DNA of 32,000 nucleotides, from positions 300,001 through 332,000 of the forward strand of contig NZ_CP011034.1 of assembly GCF_001465295.1 (NCBI RefSeq), written 5' to 3'. Made by a program: the position numbers and the translations under genes. Within the stretch, counting starts at the first letter, position 1; every line of letters begins with the position of its first letter. This DNA is from Pseudoalteromonas translucida KMM 520 (GTDB lineage: Bacteria; Pseudomonadota; Gammaproteobacteria; Enterobacterales; Alteromonadaceae). The notes beneath the pieces are model-generated. The model had not been told where the DNA came from, made no database searches, and worked only from the letters and a program-made list of their open reading frames with translations. This document shows positions 18,484-27,464 of the stretch, one piece after another.

Positions 18484-18517
18484 CTGTAACATTACTGTCA
18501 CTTTGATGAAATATAAT
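18484..18517 (+). promoter_or_regulatory. Pho box (PhoB binding site) plus -10 element of the pst operon promoter
   Basis: CTGTAAC-ATTA-CTGTCAC (18484-18501) matches the consensus of two 7-nt CTGTCAT-type direct repeats separated by 4 AT-rich nt. TATAAT lies at 18512-18517, 10 nt downstream, the position where Pho boxes replace the -35 element. Confidence 0.65.
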
Positions 18518-18548
18518 CACTGCAACGTTAAGATTAAAGGATGTTTTG

Positions 18549-20783
18549 ATGACTTCCAATCCGAATAAACCGACTTTTAATACGGATCGAAGCCGTCTAT
18601 TTAAAGACCGACTTGCCCAGTTTGGCATAACCGTAGGTGGAGTAATGGTATTAATAGCCTTGCTATTAATTTTTTTCTACCTTCTTTATATAGTACAGCC
18701 AATTTTTGAATCAGCTAAAGTTGAAAAGCGCGACAGTTTTAATCTAACAAACGCAGAGCAAATAGTGGGAGTAGGCGTTGAGGAACAAACTGAAGTTGCT
18801 TATTTATTAAGCCAACAAGGGAGTGTTGACTTTTATAGTGTTGAAAAAGCTCACTTTGGTAAAAAGCTAAAAACGCTAGAGGTAACCCTACCTAGCGATG
18901 TGAGTAGCTTTGCAACCAGTGCACCGTTTCAGGGGCAATATGCTTATGGTTTAGAAAATGGCAGTGTAAAAATTGTTATTCCTAAATTTATGGTGACGTT
19001 TCCAAATAACGAACGTAAATTAACTCCGCGTTTAGATTATCCGCTAGGCGAACTTGCTTTAGAAGTAGACGAGCAAGGTGCTGCTATAAAGCGTTTTGCA
19101 TTTAGCCACTTTGAAGACAAAACAGCCGTTGTTGCGCTAACGGCCGACAAGCGCGTTTTATTTAGTAGCTTTGTTGCTGAAGAAAACATGTTTAGTGGTG
19201 AAGTAGAATGGCTTGTGGAACGCACCGAGCTAGATGTTGCTGGGCGAGTAGATGAGTTACTTATGTCGCCAGATACTACCCGAGTATTTGTGCGCTCAGC
19301 TAATCAAATTTATGTTTACGATACGCGCGACCCAAGCGAAGTAGAGCAAATACAATTACTGTCTGCCAATGAAGAAAATGCCAATATTGTTGCGGCGCAA
19401 TTACTTGCGGGTGCTAACTCTCTTATGTTGGCAAACGATAATGGAAAGGTATCGCAGTGGTTTGAAATAAATACCGACAGTGGCCGTGAATATCAAAAAA
19501 TTCGCTCATTTGAAACAACAAAGCAAAGTAAGTTAAACGTATTTACTGAGTTTTACCGCCGTACCTTTTTTACTACCAGTAGTAATGGTGAGTTAGGTGT
19601 TTATTACACCACAAGCCAAGCAAAATTGTGGCAAGGTAAAGTAAGCGAAGGAGCGATTAAAAACTTTGCTATAGCACCGCGTGCAAATGCAGCGCTAATT
19701 GTTGCTGACAACAAACTAACCGTATTAGAAATTCATAACGAACACCCTGAAGTTACTTGGTCTGCACTTTGGCAAGAAGTGTGGTACGAAGGTTACCCAG
19801 AGCCTGGTTATATTTGGCAATCAACCTCAGCCAGTGACGACTTTGAGTCTAAGTTTTCGTTAGTGCCTATTTCGTTTGGTACCTTAAAAGCGGCATTTTA
19901 CGCCATGCTATTTGCCGTACCTATCGCTATTTCTGCCGCTATTTATACCGCTTACTTTATGTCGAGTGAACTGCGTAAAGTGGTTAAGCCAACGGTAGAA
20001 ATAATGGAAGCACTTCCTACCGTTATTTTGGGGTTTTTAGCGGGCCTATGGTTAGCGCCTTTAATAGAGCAGCACCTGCCAGCCATAGTCGGCTTACTGG
20101 TGTTATTGCCTTTAGGTATTTTGGCCACCGCGCTTGGTTGGACTAAATTACCAGCCAGTATTCGCCATAAAATTCCTGAAGGATCGCATGCCATTATACT
20201 TATACCGGTAGTGTTATTTATTGGTTGGTTTTCGTTTGCGATGAGCGAAACTGTTGAACTGTGGATGTTTGATGGTAACGTGCGCCAATATTTAACTAAC
20301 GAGCTTGGCATGACCTTCGATCAGCGTAATGCCTTGGTAGTAGGCATTGCGATGGGCTTTGCTGTAATCCCTACTATATTTTCGATTGCAGAAGACGCGG
20401 TATTTAGTGTGCCTAAACATTTGTCTAATGGCTCACTGGCATTGGGTGCAACACAGTGGCAAACACTGATACGCGTGGTATTACTTACCGCCAGCCCTGG
20501 AATATTTTCTGCGGTAATGATGGGCCTTGGCCGCGCAGTAGGCGAAACCATGATAGTGCTTATGGCAACCGGTAATACCCCGATTATGGATTGGAGTGTG
20601 TTTCAGGGAATGCGTACGCTTGCGGCAAATATTGCGGTTGAAATGCCAGAGTCGGAAGTGGGTAGTTCGCATTACAGAATATTGTTTTTAGCAGCATTTG
20701 TATTATTTATATTTACCTTTGTTTTTAACACCATTGCTGAGTTTGTTCGTCAGCAACTGCGTGAAAAATACAGCTCAATGTAA
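18549..20783 (+). CDS. pstC: phosphate ABC transporter permease PstC, long form with a periplasmic insertion of about 390 aa
   Basis: About 744 aa. aagga RBS 7 nt before the ATG at 18549. The C-terminal about 300 aa form the canonical PstC core, including the EAA-like loop (SLALGATQWQTLIRVVLLTASPGI). There is one N-terminal TM helix followed by a large non-membrane region (nt about 18700-19880). Confidence 0.9.
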   Translation: MTSNPNKPTFNTDRSRLFKDRLAQFGITVGGVMVLIALLLIFFYLLYIVQPIFESAKVEKRDSFNLTNAEQIVGVGVEEQTEVAYLLSQQGSVDFYSVEKAHFGKKLKTLEVTLPSDVSSFATSAPFQGQYAYGLENGSVKIVIPKFMVTFPNNERKLTPRLDYPLGELALEVDEQGAAIKRFAFSHFEDKTAVVALTADKRVLFSSFVAEENMFSGEVEWLVERTELDVAGRVDELLMSPDTTRVFVRSANQIYVYDTRDPSEVEQIQLLSANEENANIVAAQLLAGANSLMLANDNGKVSQWFEINTDSGREYQKIRSFETTKQSKLNVFTEFYRRTFFTTSSNGELGVYYTTSQAKLWQGKVSEGAIKNFAIAPRANAALIVADNKLTVLEIHNEHPEVTWSALWQEVWYEGYPEPGYIWQSTSASDDFESKFSLVPISFGTLKAAFYAMLFAVPIAISAAIYTAYFMSSELRKVVKPTVEIMEALPTVILGFLAGLWLAPLIEQHLPAIVGLLVLLPLGILATALGWTKLPASIRHKIPEGSHAIILIPVVLFIGWFSFAMSETVELWMFDGNVRQYLTNELGMTFDQRNALVVGIAMGFAVIPTIFSIAEDAVFSVPKHLSNGSLALGATQWQTLIRVVLLTASPGIFSAVMMGLGRAVGETMIVLMATGNTPIMDWSVFQGMRTLAANIAVEMPESEVGSSHYRILFLAAFVLFIFTFVFNTIAEFVRQQLREKYSSM

Positions 20784-20797
20784 GTGGAGAACACGAC

Positions 20798-22447
20798 ATG
20801 GTAAAGCAGTGGTTTAGGTCTGGTTCTCCTTGGATTTGGATGACCGGTGGTGCGGTGAGCATCAGCTTAATTTCAGTAATTGGTTTATTAGCTATGATAG
20901 CGTGGAAAGGGTTAAGCTTTTTCTGGCCTTCTGAGGTAGTGCAATTTGAGCTGGAAGGCTCAATTGCAAAACAAACTATTATTGGTGAGATTTACGATCG
21001 AGAATTAGTACCCAAAGCGCGTTTAGCGGCAACCGGTGTTGATGTTTCGGCATATGATAGGGAAGAATTTGAGCGGTTATTAATTAAAACCGGTAACCGT
21101 GAATATGTAGATTTAGATTTTCGTTGGATATTAAACACCGACATAAAAAATCAATCAACGCCTACCACTCTTGCCGTGTTTGAGCGTAGCAAAAATGGTA
21201 ATTTTTATGGCTATGTAGAAGGCGTAATTGAAGACGGACAACCCGTTACCGGCGATAAGGTAGCCTCTTTACATAAGCTGGTTGAACGGGCAGTTGATTT
21301 AAACGACGAAGCACTTGATTTACAAAACGGTGATATTGGTCATATTAACTATGAACTGGAACGTTTAAGGCTAAAAGAAAAATCTTACTTACTTGATAAT
21401 GAACTTACAGACGAACGTGTTGCTGAGCTTGCAAAGGCGCGTGCAGAACTACGTGCCGAGTATGCTGTGCTCGAAAAACAGTTATTTGCACTGCGTAAAC
21501 AAGCACAGCGCGACCAAGTTATGGTTAAAGATATGCGCGGCGAAATAGTCACTATTCCATTGTATCAAGTATTAGATGTGTGGTTTCCAAACGACATGAG
21601 CTTTTTAACCAAGCTGGGCCATTACTTCATCCAGTTAGGTAAGTTTGTATCAGACGATCCTCGAGAAGCTAATACCGAAGGTGGCGTATTTCCGGCCATA
21701 TTTGGTACCGTGTTTATGGTTATGCTAATGGCTGTTATTGTTACGCCATTTGGGGTGGTTGCTGCAATTTACTTGCATGAATACGCGGCTAAAAATGCGG
21801 TAACTAAGATGATCCGTATTGCGGTAATTAACCTAGCCGGTGTACCTTCTATTGTATATGGCGTATTTGGCTTAGGCTTTTTTGTTTATATGCTAGGTGG
21901 TAGCCTTGACCAATTATTTTACCCTGAGTCATCACCTACTCCGGTATTTGGTACACCAGGTGTTATGTGGTCGGCGTTAACACTGGCAATACTTACCTTG
22001 CCTGTGGTTATTGTTTCCACTGAAGAGGGGTTATCGCGAATTCCAAGTACGGTACGCCACGGATCATTAGCGCTCGGTGCCACACAAGCAGAAACCTTAT
22101 GGCGTATTGTTATACCGATGGCAAGCCCAGCAATTATGACTGGTTTAATACTGGCTGTTGCGCGTGCTGCAGGTGAAGTAGCGCCATTAATGCTGGTGGG
22201 TGTAGTAAAAATGGCACCTACGCTACCGCTTGATGGTAACTTTCCATACTTTCACTTAGACAGAAAGTTTATGCACTTAGGTTTTCATATTTACGATGTT
22301 GGCTTTCAAAGCCCGAATGTTGAAGCGGCGCGTCCGCTGGTATATGCAACGGCATTTTTATTAGTGTCGGTAATTATTACCCTCAACATAACCGCTATTG
22401 GTATACGTAATCATTTACGTGAAAAATTCAGATCGCTTGAGCTTTAA
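20798..22447 (+). CDS. pstA: phosphate ABC transporter permease PstA, long form with a periplasmic insertion of about 250 aa
   Basis: 549 aa with a GGAG RBS. Canonical PstA core with SLALGATQAETLWRIVIPMASPAI. A large insert between TM1 and TM2 (nt about 20915-21680) includes a coiled-coil segment. Confidence 0.9.
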   Translation: MVKQWFRSGSPWIWMTGGAVSISLISVIGLLAMIAWKGLSFFWPSEVVQFELEGSIAKQTIIGEIYDRELVPKARLAATGVDVSAYDREEFERLLIKTGNREYVDLDFRWILNTDIKNQSTPTTLAVFERSKNGNFYGYVEGVIEDGQPVTGDKVASLHKLVERAVDLNDEALDLQNGDIGHINYELERLRLKEKSYLLDNELTDERVAELAKARAELRAEYAVLEKQLFALRKQAQRDQVMVKDMRGEIVTIPLYQVLDVWFPNDMSFLTKLGHYFIQLGKFVSDDPREANTEGGVFPAIFGTVFMVMLMAVIVTPFGVVAAIYLHEYAAKNAVTKMIRIAVINLAGVPSIVYGVFGLGFFVYMLGGSLDQLFYPESSPTPVFGTPGVMWSALTLAILTLPVVIVSTEEGLSRIPSTVRHGSLALGATQAETLWRIVIPMASPAIMTGLILAVARAAGEVAPLMLVGVVKMAPTLPLDGNFPYFHLDRKFMHLGFHIYDVGFQSPNVEAARPLVYATAFLLVSVIITLNITAIGIRNHLREKFRSLEL

Positions 22448-22469
22448 TAAGATTTAATAGGTAACAAAC

Positions 22470-23297
22470 ATGATTTCAGTCGCTCCAAAAGTAAATCAAG
22501 CCAATACCAGCTTGAAGTTAGACTTAGACAATTTAACCACAGAGCAAACAGCGTTGGAGATTAAAGATCTCGATCTTTACTACGGCGATAAGCAAGCGCT
22601 GAGTAAAGTAAATATGAATATTCCAAAGGGCCAGGTAACAGCCTTTATTGGCCCGTCGGGGTGTGGTAAATCAACCTTATTACGGTGTATTAACCGCATG
22701 AACGACTTAGTTGATATTTGCCGCATAGAAGGTGAAATACTGCTACATGGACAAAATATATACGATAAAAGCGTTGATGTAGCGGCGCTGCGTCGTAACG
22801 TAGGCATGGTATTTCAGCGACCTAACCCTTTTCCTAAATCAATTTATGAAAATGTGGTTTATGGTTTGCGCTTACAAGGTATTAAAGACAAACGTAAGTT
22901 AGATGAAGTAGTTGAACAATCATTGCGTGGTGCAGCGTTGTGGGATGAAGTAAAAGACAGGCTACACGACAGCGCTTTTGGGCTGTCGGGTGGACAGCAG
23001 CAACGTTTAGTTATTGCGCGCTCAATTGCTATTTCGCCAGAGGTATTACTGCTTGATGAACCTACCTCGGCACTAGACCCTATTTCTACTTTAGTAATAG
23101 AGGAGCTAATTAACGATTTAAAGAGTAAGTTTACTGTGGTAATTGTTACCCATAATATGCAACAGGCCGCCCGGGTTTCTGACCAAACGGCGTTTATGTA
23201 TATGGGGGAGCTAATTGAGTACTCAGACACCAACACTTTATTTACAACGCCTAATAAGAAAAAAACAGAAGACTATATAACCGGTCGTTACGGCTAA
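22470..23297 (+). CDS. pstB: phosphate ABC transporter ATP-binding protein PstB
   Basis: 275 aa. Walker [10 protein letters not shown], signature LSGGQQQR, Walker [12 protein letters not shown] and a PstB-type C-terminus ([10 protein letters not shown]). Confidence 0.95.
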   Translation: MISVAPKVNQANTSLKLDLDNLTTEQTALEIKDLDLYYGDKQALSKVNMNIPKGQVTAFIGPSGCGKSTLLRCINRMNDLVDICRIEGEILLHGQNIYDKSVDVAALRRNVGMVFQRPNPFPKSIYENVVYGLRLQGIKDKRKLDEVVEQSLRGAALWDEVKDRLHDSAFGLSGGQQQRLVIARSIAISPEVLLLDEPTSALDPISTLVIEELINDLKSKFTVVIVTHNMQQAARVSDQTAFMYMGELIEYSDTNTLFTTPNKKKTEDYITGRYG

Positions 23298-23339
23298 TTC
23301 AGCCGATATTATGTGTACAATATTGATAGGATAATAACG

Positions 23340-24041
23340 ATGGAACATAACATTAATAAGCATATTTCTGGCCGTTTTAATCAAGAATTAGAAAACGTAC
23401 GCAACCTTGTGCTTAGTATGGGCGGGCTGGTTGAGCAACAGCTTAACAGTGCGTTAGATGCAGTGAGCCAAAATGATGCTATGCTTGCGCAAAAAGTACG
23501 AGAGAATGATTATAAAGTTAATGCAATGGAAGTAAGTATTGACGAAGAATGTACGCGAATTATTGCCAGGCGTCAGCCTGCTGCAAGCGATTTGCGTTTA
23601 GTAGTGGCTATTGCAAAAACCATTGCTGATTTAGAGCGTATAGGCGATGAAGCAAAGCGAATTGCTAAAGTTGCACTAGACTCATTTACTAAAGACCAAC
23701 AGGCTTTATTAGTAAATATTGAAAATATGGGACGCCAAGTATCAAAAATGTTGCACGATGTACTTGATGCATTTGCGCGTATGGACGTACAACGTGCATT
23801 TGAAGTACACAAAGAGGATGCTAAAGTTGATAGAGAGTACGAAGCCATTATTCGTCAAATTATGACCTATATGATGGAAGACCCGCGCTCAATCCCTAAA
23901 ATTATGGATTTAGTGTGGTCAGTTCGTTCATTAGAGCGCATTGGTGATCGGTGTCAAAATATAGCTGAATATATTATTTACTTTGTTAATGGAAAAGATA
24001 TTCGTCATACATCTCAAGAAGATATAGAAAAGTCTTTATAA
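23340..24041 (+). CDS. phoU: phosphate signalling complex protein PhoU
   Basis: MEHNINKHISGRFNQELE aligns with the E. coli PhoU N-terminus. Two PhoU repeats each carry a DLERIGD/SLERIGD motif. An agga RBS lies 8 nt before the ATG at 23340; the track GTG at 23313 is probably too far upstream. Confidence 0.9.
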   Translation: MEHNINKHISGRFNQELENVRNLVLSMGGLVEQQLNSALDAVSQNDAMLAQKVRENDYKVNAMEVSIDEECTRIIARRQPAASDLRLVVAIAKTIADLERIGDEAKRIAKVALDSFTKDQQALLVNIENMGRQVSKMLHDVLDAFARMDVQRAFEVHKEDAKVDREYEAIIRQIMTYMMEDPRSIPKIMDLVWSVRSLERIGDRCQNIAEYIIYFVNGKDIRHTSQEDIEKSL

Positions 24042-24189
24042 TTTTTTTAATTAGTCCTTTTTATTACAACGACGAATTATAATTTTTTTTTAGTTTGCTG
24101 GCGGTTGAGCAATAAAAAGCGTTCACAATCGAGCTTAATACTGTAAAATTCATGCCGCACAGCATACTAAATTGATTTAAGGGTCAGTT

Positions 24190-24867
24190 ATGCAAACTAA
24201 CGCGTTTCTAGGAGTATTTGCAAAATCTCCTATCAAACCAATGGAAGAACATATTCGAAAGGTTCATCAAGCTAGTAAAGCTTTGATTCCTTTTTTTAAT
24301 CACGTATTTAAAGAAGAATGGGAACAAGCTGAAGAGCTACGTTTAACCATTCGTAATTTAGAACGTGAAGCCGATGAAATGAAAAGAAATATACGTTTAC
24401 AACTACCGCGTGGATTATTTATGCCGGTAGAGCGTACAGATCTGCTCGAATTAGTAACCCAGCAAGATAAAATTGCCAATAAAGCAAAAGACATTGCTGG
24501 GCGTGTAATTGGTCGTGAGATGATCATACCAAAAGTAATTCAAATCGACTTTTTAGCTTATTTAACACGTTGTGTTGATGCTACTAAACAAGCATCTAAT
24601 GCAATAAATGAGTTAGAAGAGTTATTAGAAACAGGTTTTAAAGGTCGCGAAGTGGCCTTGGTTGAAAAAATGCTCGTTGAATTGGATGCCATAGAACAAG
24701 ACACGGATGAAATGCAAATTAAAATACGCCGCCAACTACGCGCAGTAGAAGGTGAGTTAAACCCAGTTGATGTGATGTTTTTATATAAGATCATTGAATG
24801 GGTTGGCGAGCTTGCAGATATTGCAGAGCGCGTAGGATCACGTCTTGAGCTGATGTTAGCTCGTTAA
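24190..24867 (+). CDS. DUF47/TIGR00153 family PhoU-like protein (putative Pit accessory regulator)
   Basis: 225 aa helical protein with paired EREADE and EQDTDE motifs typical of PhoU_div/DUF47. It sits immediately upstream of a PiT transporter, the conserved pairing for this family. Confidence 0.85.
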   Translation: MQTNAFLGVFAKSPIKPMEEHIRKVHQASKALIPFFNHVFKEEWEQAEELRLTIRNLEREADEMKRNIRLQLPRGLFMPVERTDLLELVTQQDKIANKAKDIAGRVIGREMIIPKVIQIDFLAYLTRCVDATKQASNAINELEELLETGFKGREVALVEKMLVELDAIEQDTDEMQIKIRRQLRAVEGELNPVDVMFLYKIIEWVGELADIAERVGSRLELMLAR

Positions 24868-24906
24868 TTTAAAATCAGTTCAAAAACGATAGATTAAGGT
24901 TACACA

Positions 24907-26175
24907 ATGGATATCATTGCATCTTACGGCACGGTATTAATTTTAATTGCCGCAGCAGTTGGCTTTTTTATGGCTTATGGTATTGGCGCAAATGATGTTG
25001 CCAATGCAATGGGCACATCAGTAGGCTCTAAAGCGCTAACGATTAAACAAGCGATTTTTATCGCGATGATCTTTGAGTTTGCAGGTGCTTACTTGGCCGG
25101 CGGCGAAGTTACATCGACAATTCGTAATGGCATTATTGATTCAACGCCATTTATGGATATTCCTGAATTAATGATATTAGGTATGATTTCTGCGCTTTTT
25201 GCTGCAGGTGCCTGGCTATTAATGGCATCATTCTTAGGATGGCCAGTATCAACTACTCACTCTATTATTGGCGCTATTATAGGTTTTGCTTTAGTTGCAG
25301 TAGGCAGTGAAGCGATTCATTGGAACAAGGTTGCAGGAATTGTTGGTAGTTGGATAGTAACGCCTGCTATATCGGGTTTTATTGCCTACTTAATATTCAT
25401 GAGCGCACAAAAGCTTATTTTTGATACGGCTACTCCGCTTAAAAATGCTAAACGTTTTGTGCCAATTTATATGGGCTTAGCTGGCTTTATTATGTCACTT
25501 GTGACAATTAAAAAAGGCTTAAAGCATATTGGTATTAACTTAGGCACCATGGAAGGTATTGGGCTATCTATTGCGATTGCAGTAGTAGTAGGCTTTATTG
25601 GTAAAATTGCAATTTCACGTTTAAAAATCGACCCTCAGGCCGATAAAAAAATGCAATTTAATAACGTTGAAAAAGTCTTTGCAGTACTTATGGTCTTAAC
25701 GGCTTGTTGTATGGCATTTGCTCATGGTTCTAACGACGTTGCTAATGCTATTGGTCCTCTTGCGGCTGTGGTAAGTATTGTTGAAAACAACGGTGAAATT
25801 GCAAAACAAGCGGCTATTGCTTGGTGGATATTACCACTAGGTGGTTTTGGTATTGTGGCCGGTTTAGCTATTTTAGGTAAAAAAGTAATTAAAACGATTG
25901 GCGAAGGGATCACACATTTAACTCCTAGCCGTGGTTTTGCTGCTGAATTAGCTGCTGCTTCTACAGTTGTAATTGCATCTGGCACAGGCTTACCAATTTC
26001 AACTACGCAAACCTTAGTGGGTGCGGTGTTGGGTGTAGGTATGGCACGCGGTATTGCCGCACTGAACATGGGTGTTATTAGAAACATTGTAGTTTCTTGG
26101 GTAATTACATTGCCAGTGGGCGCAGGCCTTGCTATTGTTATTTTCTACGTACTAAGAACCGCATTTGGGGTTTAA
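24907..26175 (+). CDS. pitA: inorganic phosphate transporter, PiT family
   Basis: 422 aa polytopic protein with the duplicated PiT signature GANDVANAMGTSVGS (N-half) and GSNDVANAIGPL (C-half). Confidence 0.9.
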   Translation: MDIIASYGTVLILIAAAVGFFMAYGIGANDVANAMGTSVGSKALTIKQAIFIAMIFEFAGAYLAGGEVTSTIRNGIIDSTPFMDIPELMILGMISALFAAGAWLLMASFLGWPVSTTHSIIGAIIGFALVAVGSEAIHWNKVAGIVGSWIVTPAISGFIAYLIFMSAQKLIFDTATPLKNAKRFVPIYMGLAGFIMSLVTIKKGLKHIGINLGTMEGIGLSIAIAVVVGFIGKIAISRLKIDPQADKKMQFNNVEKVFAVLMVLTACCMAFAHGSNDVANAIGPLAAVVSIVENNGEIAKQAAIAWWILPLGGFGIVAGLAILGKKVIKTIGEGITHLTPSRGFAAELAAASTVVIASGTGLPISTTQTLVGAVLGVGMARGIAALNMGVIRNIVVSWVITLPVGAGLAIVIFYVLRTAFGV

Positions 26176-26257
26176 TAAAAAAGTACTTAAAGACTTTTAG
26201 CTTGAAAAGATCTCAATGCCCTAGGTGTTGGGGTCTTTTTATTTGTGGAAAGACAAA

Positions 26258-27196
26258 ATGACTAATCTTCCGAGTATAAAACAGCTGCAGTATTTACTTG
26301 CAGTACATCAATACCAACATTTTGGCCGCGCTGCTAGTGCGTGCTTTATTGGCCAATCAACATTAAGTACAGCCATTCAAAACTTAGAAGAAACATTAGG
26401 CTGCCAACTTATTGAACGTGAAAACCGCAGTTTAATGTTTACCACCATTGGTGAGGAAGTAGTTGAACGTTCGCGCAAAATCATTCACGACACAATTAGT
26501 TTAAAAGAGCTCACTAAAAGCTTTTTAACGCCGCTGAGTGGTAAGTTAACCGTAGGGGTTATTCCTACTATTGCCAGCTTTATTGCCGCGCCTTTGTATC
26601 ACTTTTGCAAGCAAGAATTTTGCGATTTAGAACTGGTATTAGTAGAAGATACTAGCGATAAGTTACTCGATAAATTAGAGCATGGTCAGATAGATTTAGC
26701 CTTATTAGCACTACCTTATCAAACCGATAAGTTTCATACTCAGGTGTTAGCTAGAGATCACTTTAGTTTGGTACATCACAAAGACTACACGCCAGCAAAG
26801 AACGTGCAAGACTTTAACTTATTACCCGACGCCAGCGTGTTCTTATTAGAACGTGAGCACTGTATGACCGGACACGCGCTTAGTGCATGTCATTTAAACC
26901 GTGTCAGCTGCATAAACCCGTTTGAAGCAGCCAGCTTGCATACTTTATTGAGCATGGTGGAGTATCAGTTGGGGGTGACTTTTTTACCGCAAATGGCGAT
27001 TAATGCCGGCATTTTAGATAATAAAAATATGCTAGCAACCCCATCGGCGAATGAGGCGTACCGTGAAATTGGTATTTTGTGGCGTAAAACAACCGGGCGA
27101 ATTCGCGACTTTAAATTATTCAGTCAGCAATTAGAGGTGTTTTTAAAACATCAATGTAGTTTAGACTTTGCTAAAGATAGAGCAACAAGCAGCTAG
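26258..27196 (+). CDS. oxyR: LysR-family transcriptional regulator, OxyR type
   Basis: The N-terminal wHTH IKQLQYLLAVHQYQHFGRAASACFIGQSTLSTAIQNLEE resembles OxyR. EREHCMTGHALSAC keeps both redox Cys with the same 9-residue spacing as E. coli C199/C208. The ATG at 26258 is preferred over the track start at 26225. Confidence 0.78.
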   Translation: MTNLPSIKQLQYLLAVHQYQHFGRAASACFIGQSTLSTAIQNLEETLGCQLIERENRSLMFTTIGEEVVERSRKIIHDTISLKELTKSFLTPLSGKLTVGVIPTIASFIAAPLYHFCKQEFCDLELVLVEDTSDKLLDKLEHGQIDLALLALPYQTDKFHTQVLARDHFSLVHHKDYTPAKNVQDFNLLPDASVFLLEREHCMTGHALSACHLNRVSCINPFEAASLHTLLSMVEYQLGVTFLPQMAINAGILDNKNMLATPSANEAYREIGILWRKTTGRIRDFKLFSQQLEVFLKHQCSLDFAKDRATSS

Positions 27197-27209
27197 GATA
27201 GCTGCTTGT
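27185..27209. terminator. perfect hairpin spanning the overlapping stop codons of convergent oxyR and the small membrane protein gene
   Basis: acaagcagcta (27185-27195), loop gga, tagctgcttgt (27199-27209), an 11-bp perfect stem. The plus-strand TAG (27194-27196) and the minus-strand TAG (27195-27193) share a CTAG. Confidence 0.45.
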
Positions 27210-27405
27210 TTCCATGGTTATGGCTTTCATATGGTTCTAGTTTAGGTAAAAAAAGTAAATAAACCCAAACAACCAGGTTAAAGTAAGGCACTAGCCCTAA
27301 TACAGTAAATACCCGAACCGGATAACCTTTAATGTGTGCATATCGGTAACACTGAAACGCAATTGCAAAATGCATAAGTAGTAATAAAACAACTAGCTGT
27401 GTCAT
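27193..27405 (-). CDS. small two-TM membrane protein, unknown function
   Basis: 70 aa from the ATG at 27405, preceded by a strong RBS (gtttaaggagataaatATG). There are two hydrophobic helices (LVVLLLLMHFAIAF and VLGLVPYFNLVVWVYLLFL). The longer track ORF (to 27453) merely translates the upstream heptamer repeat. Confidence 0.55.
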   Translation of the reverse strand: MTQLVVLLLLMHFAIAFQCYRYAHIKGYPVRVFTVLGLVPYFNLVVWVYLLFLPKLEPYESHNHGNKQLS

Positions 27406-27427
27406 ATTTATCTCCTTAAACTCTAAT

Positions 27428-27464
27428 AACATCCAACATCCAACATCCAACATCCAACATCCAA
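27428..27464. repeat. perfect heptanucleotide tandem array (ATCCAAC) about 5.3 units; GTTGGAT on the coding strand of the downstream gene
   Basis: Read directly: aac + atccaac x4 + atccaa, followed by an A-run. It lies 23 nt upstream of the ATG at 27405 on the minus strand. Confidence 0.95.

Noticed and set aside
24100-24189. I looked for a possible Pho box upstream of the DUF47-pit pair (cttaatactgtaaaattcatgccgc).
   Set aside because: Only one half-site (CTGTAAA) resembles the consensus. The partner 11 nt downstream (ATGCCGC) does not, which is insufficient for a call.
19037-26087. I considered antisense or alternative-frame ORFs inside pstC, pstB, phoU, the DUF47 gene and pit (for example 19952-20311, 20321-20551, 22859-23236, 23573-23848, 24558-24794, 25722-26087).
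   Set aside because: As above, these are shadow ORFs of well-supported genes, with no independent start signals or recognisable motifs.
27406-27453. I considered the N-terminal extension MLDVGCWMLLEFKEIN of the small membrane protein given in the ORF track.
   Set aside because: These codons are simply the heptamer repeat read in frame. A strong AAGGAG RBS sits in front of the internal ATG at 27405, so the extension is very unlikely to be translated.
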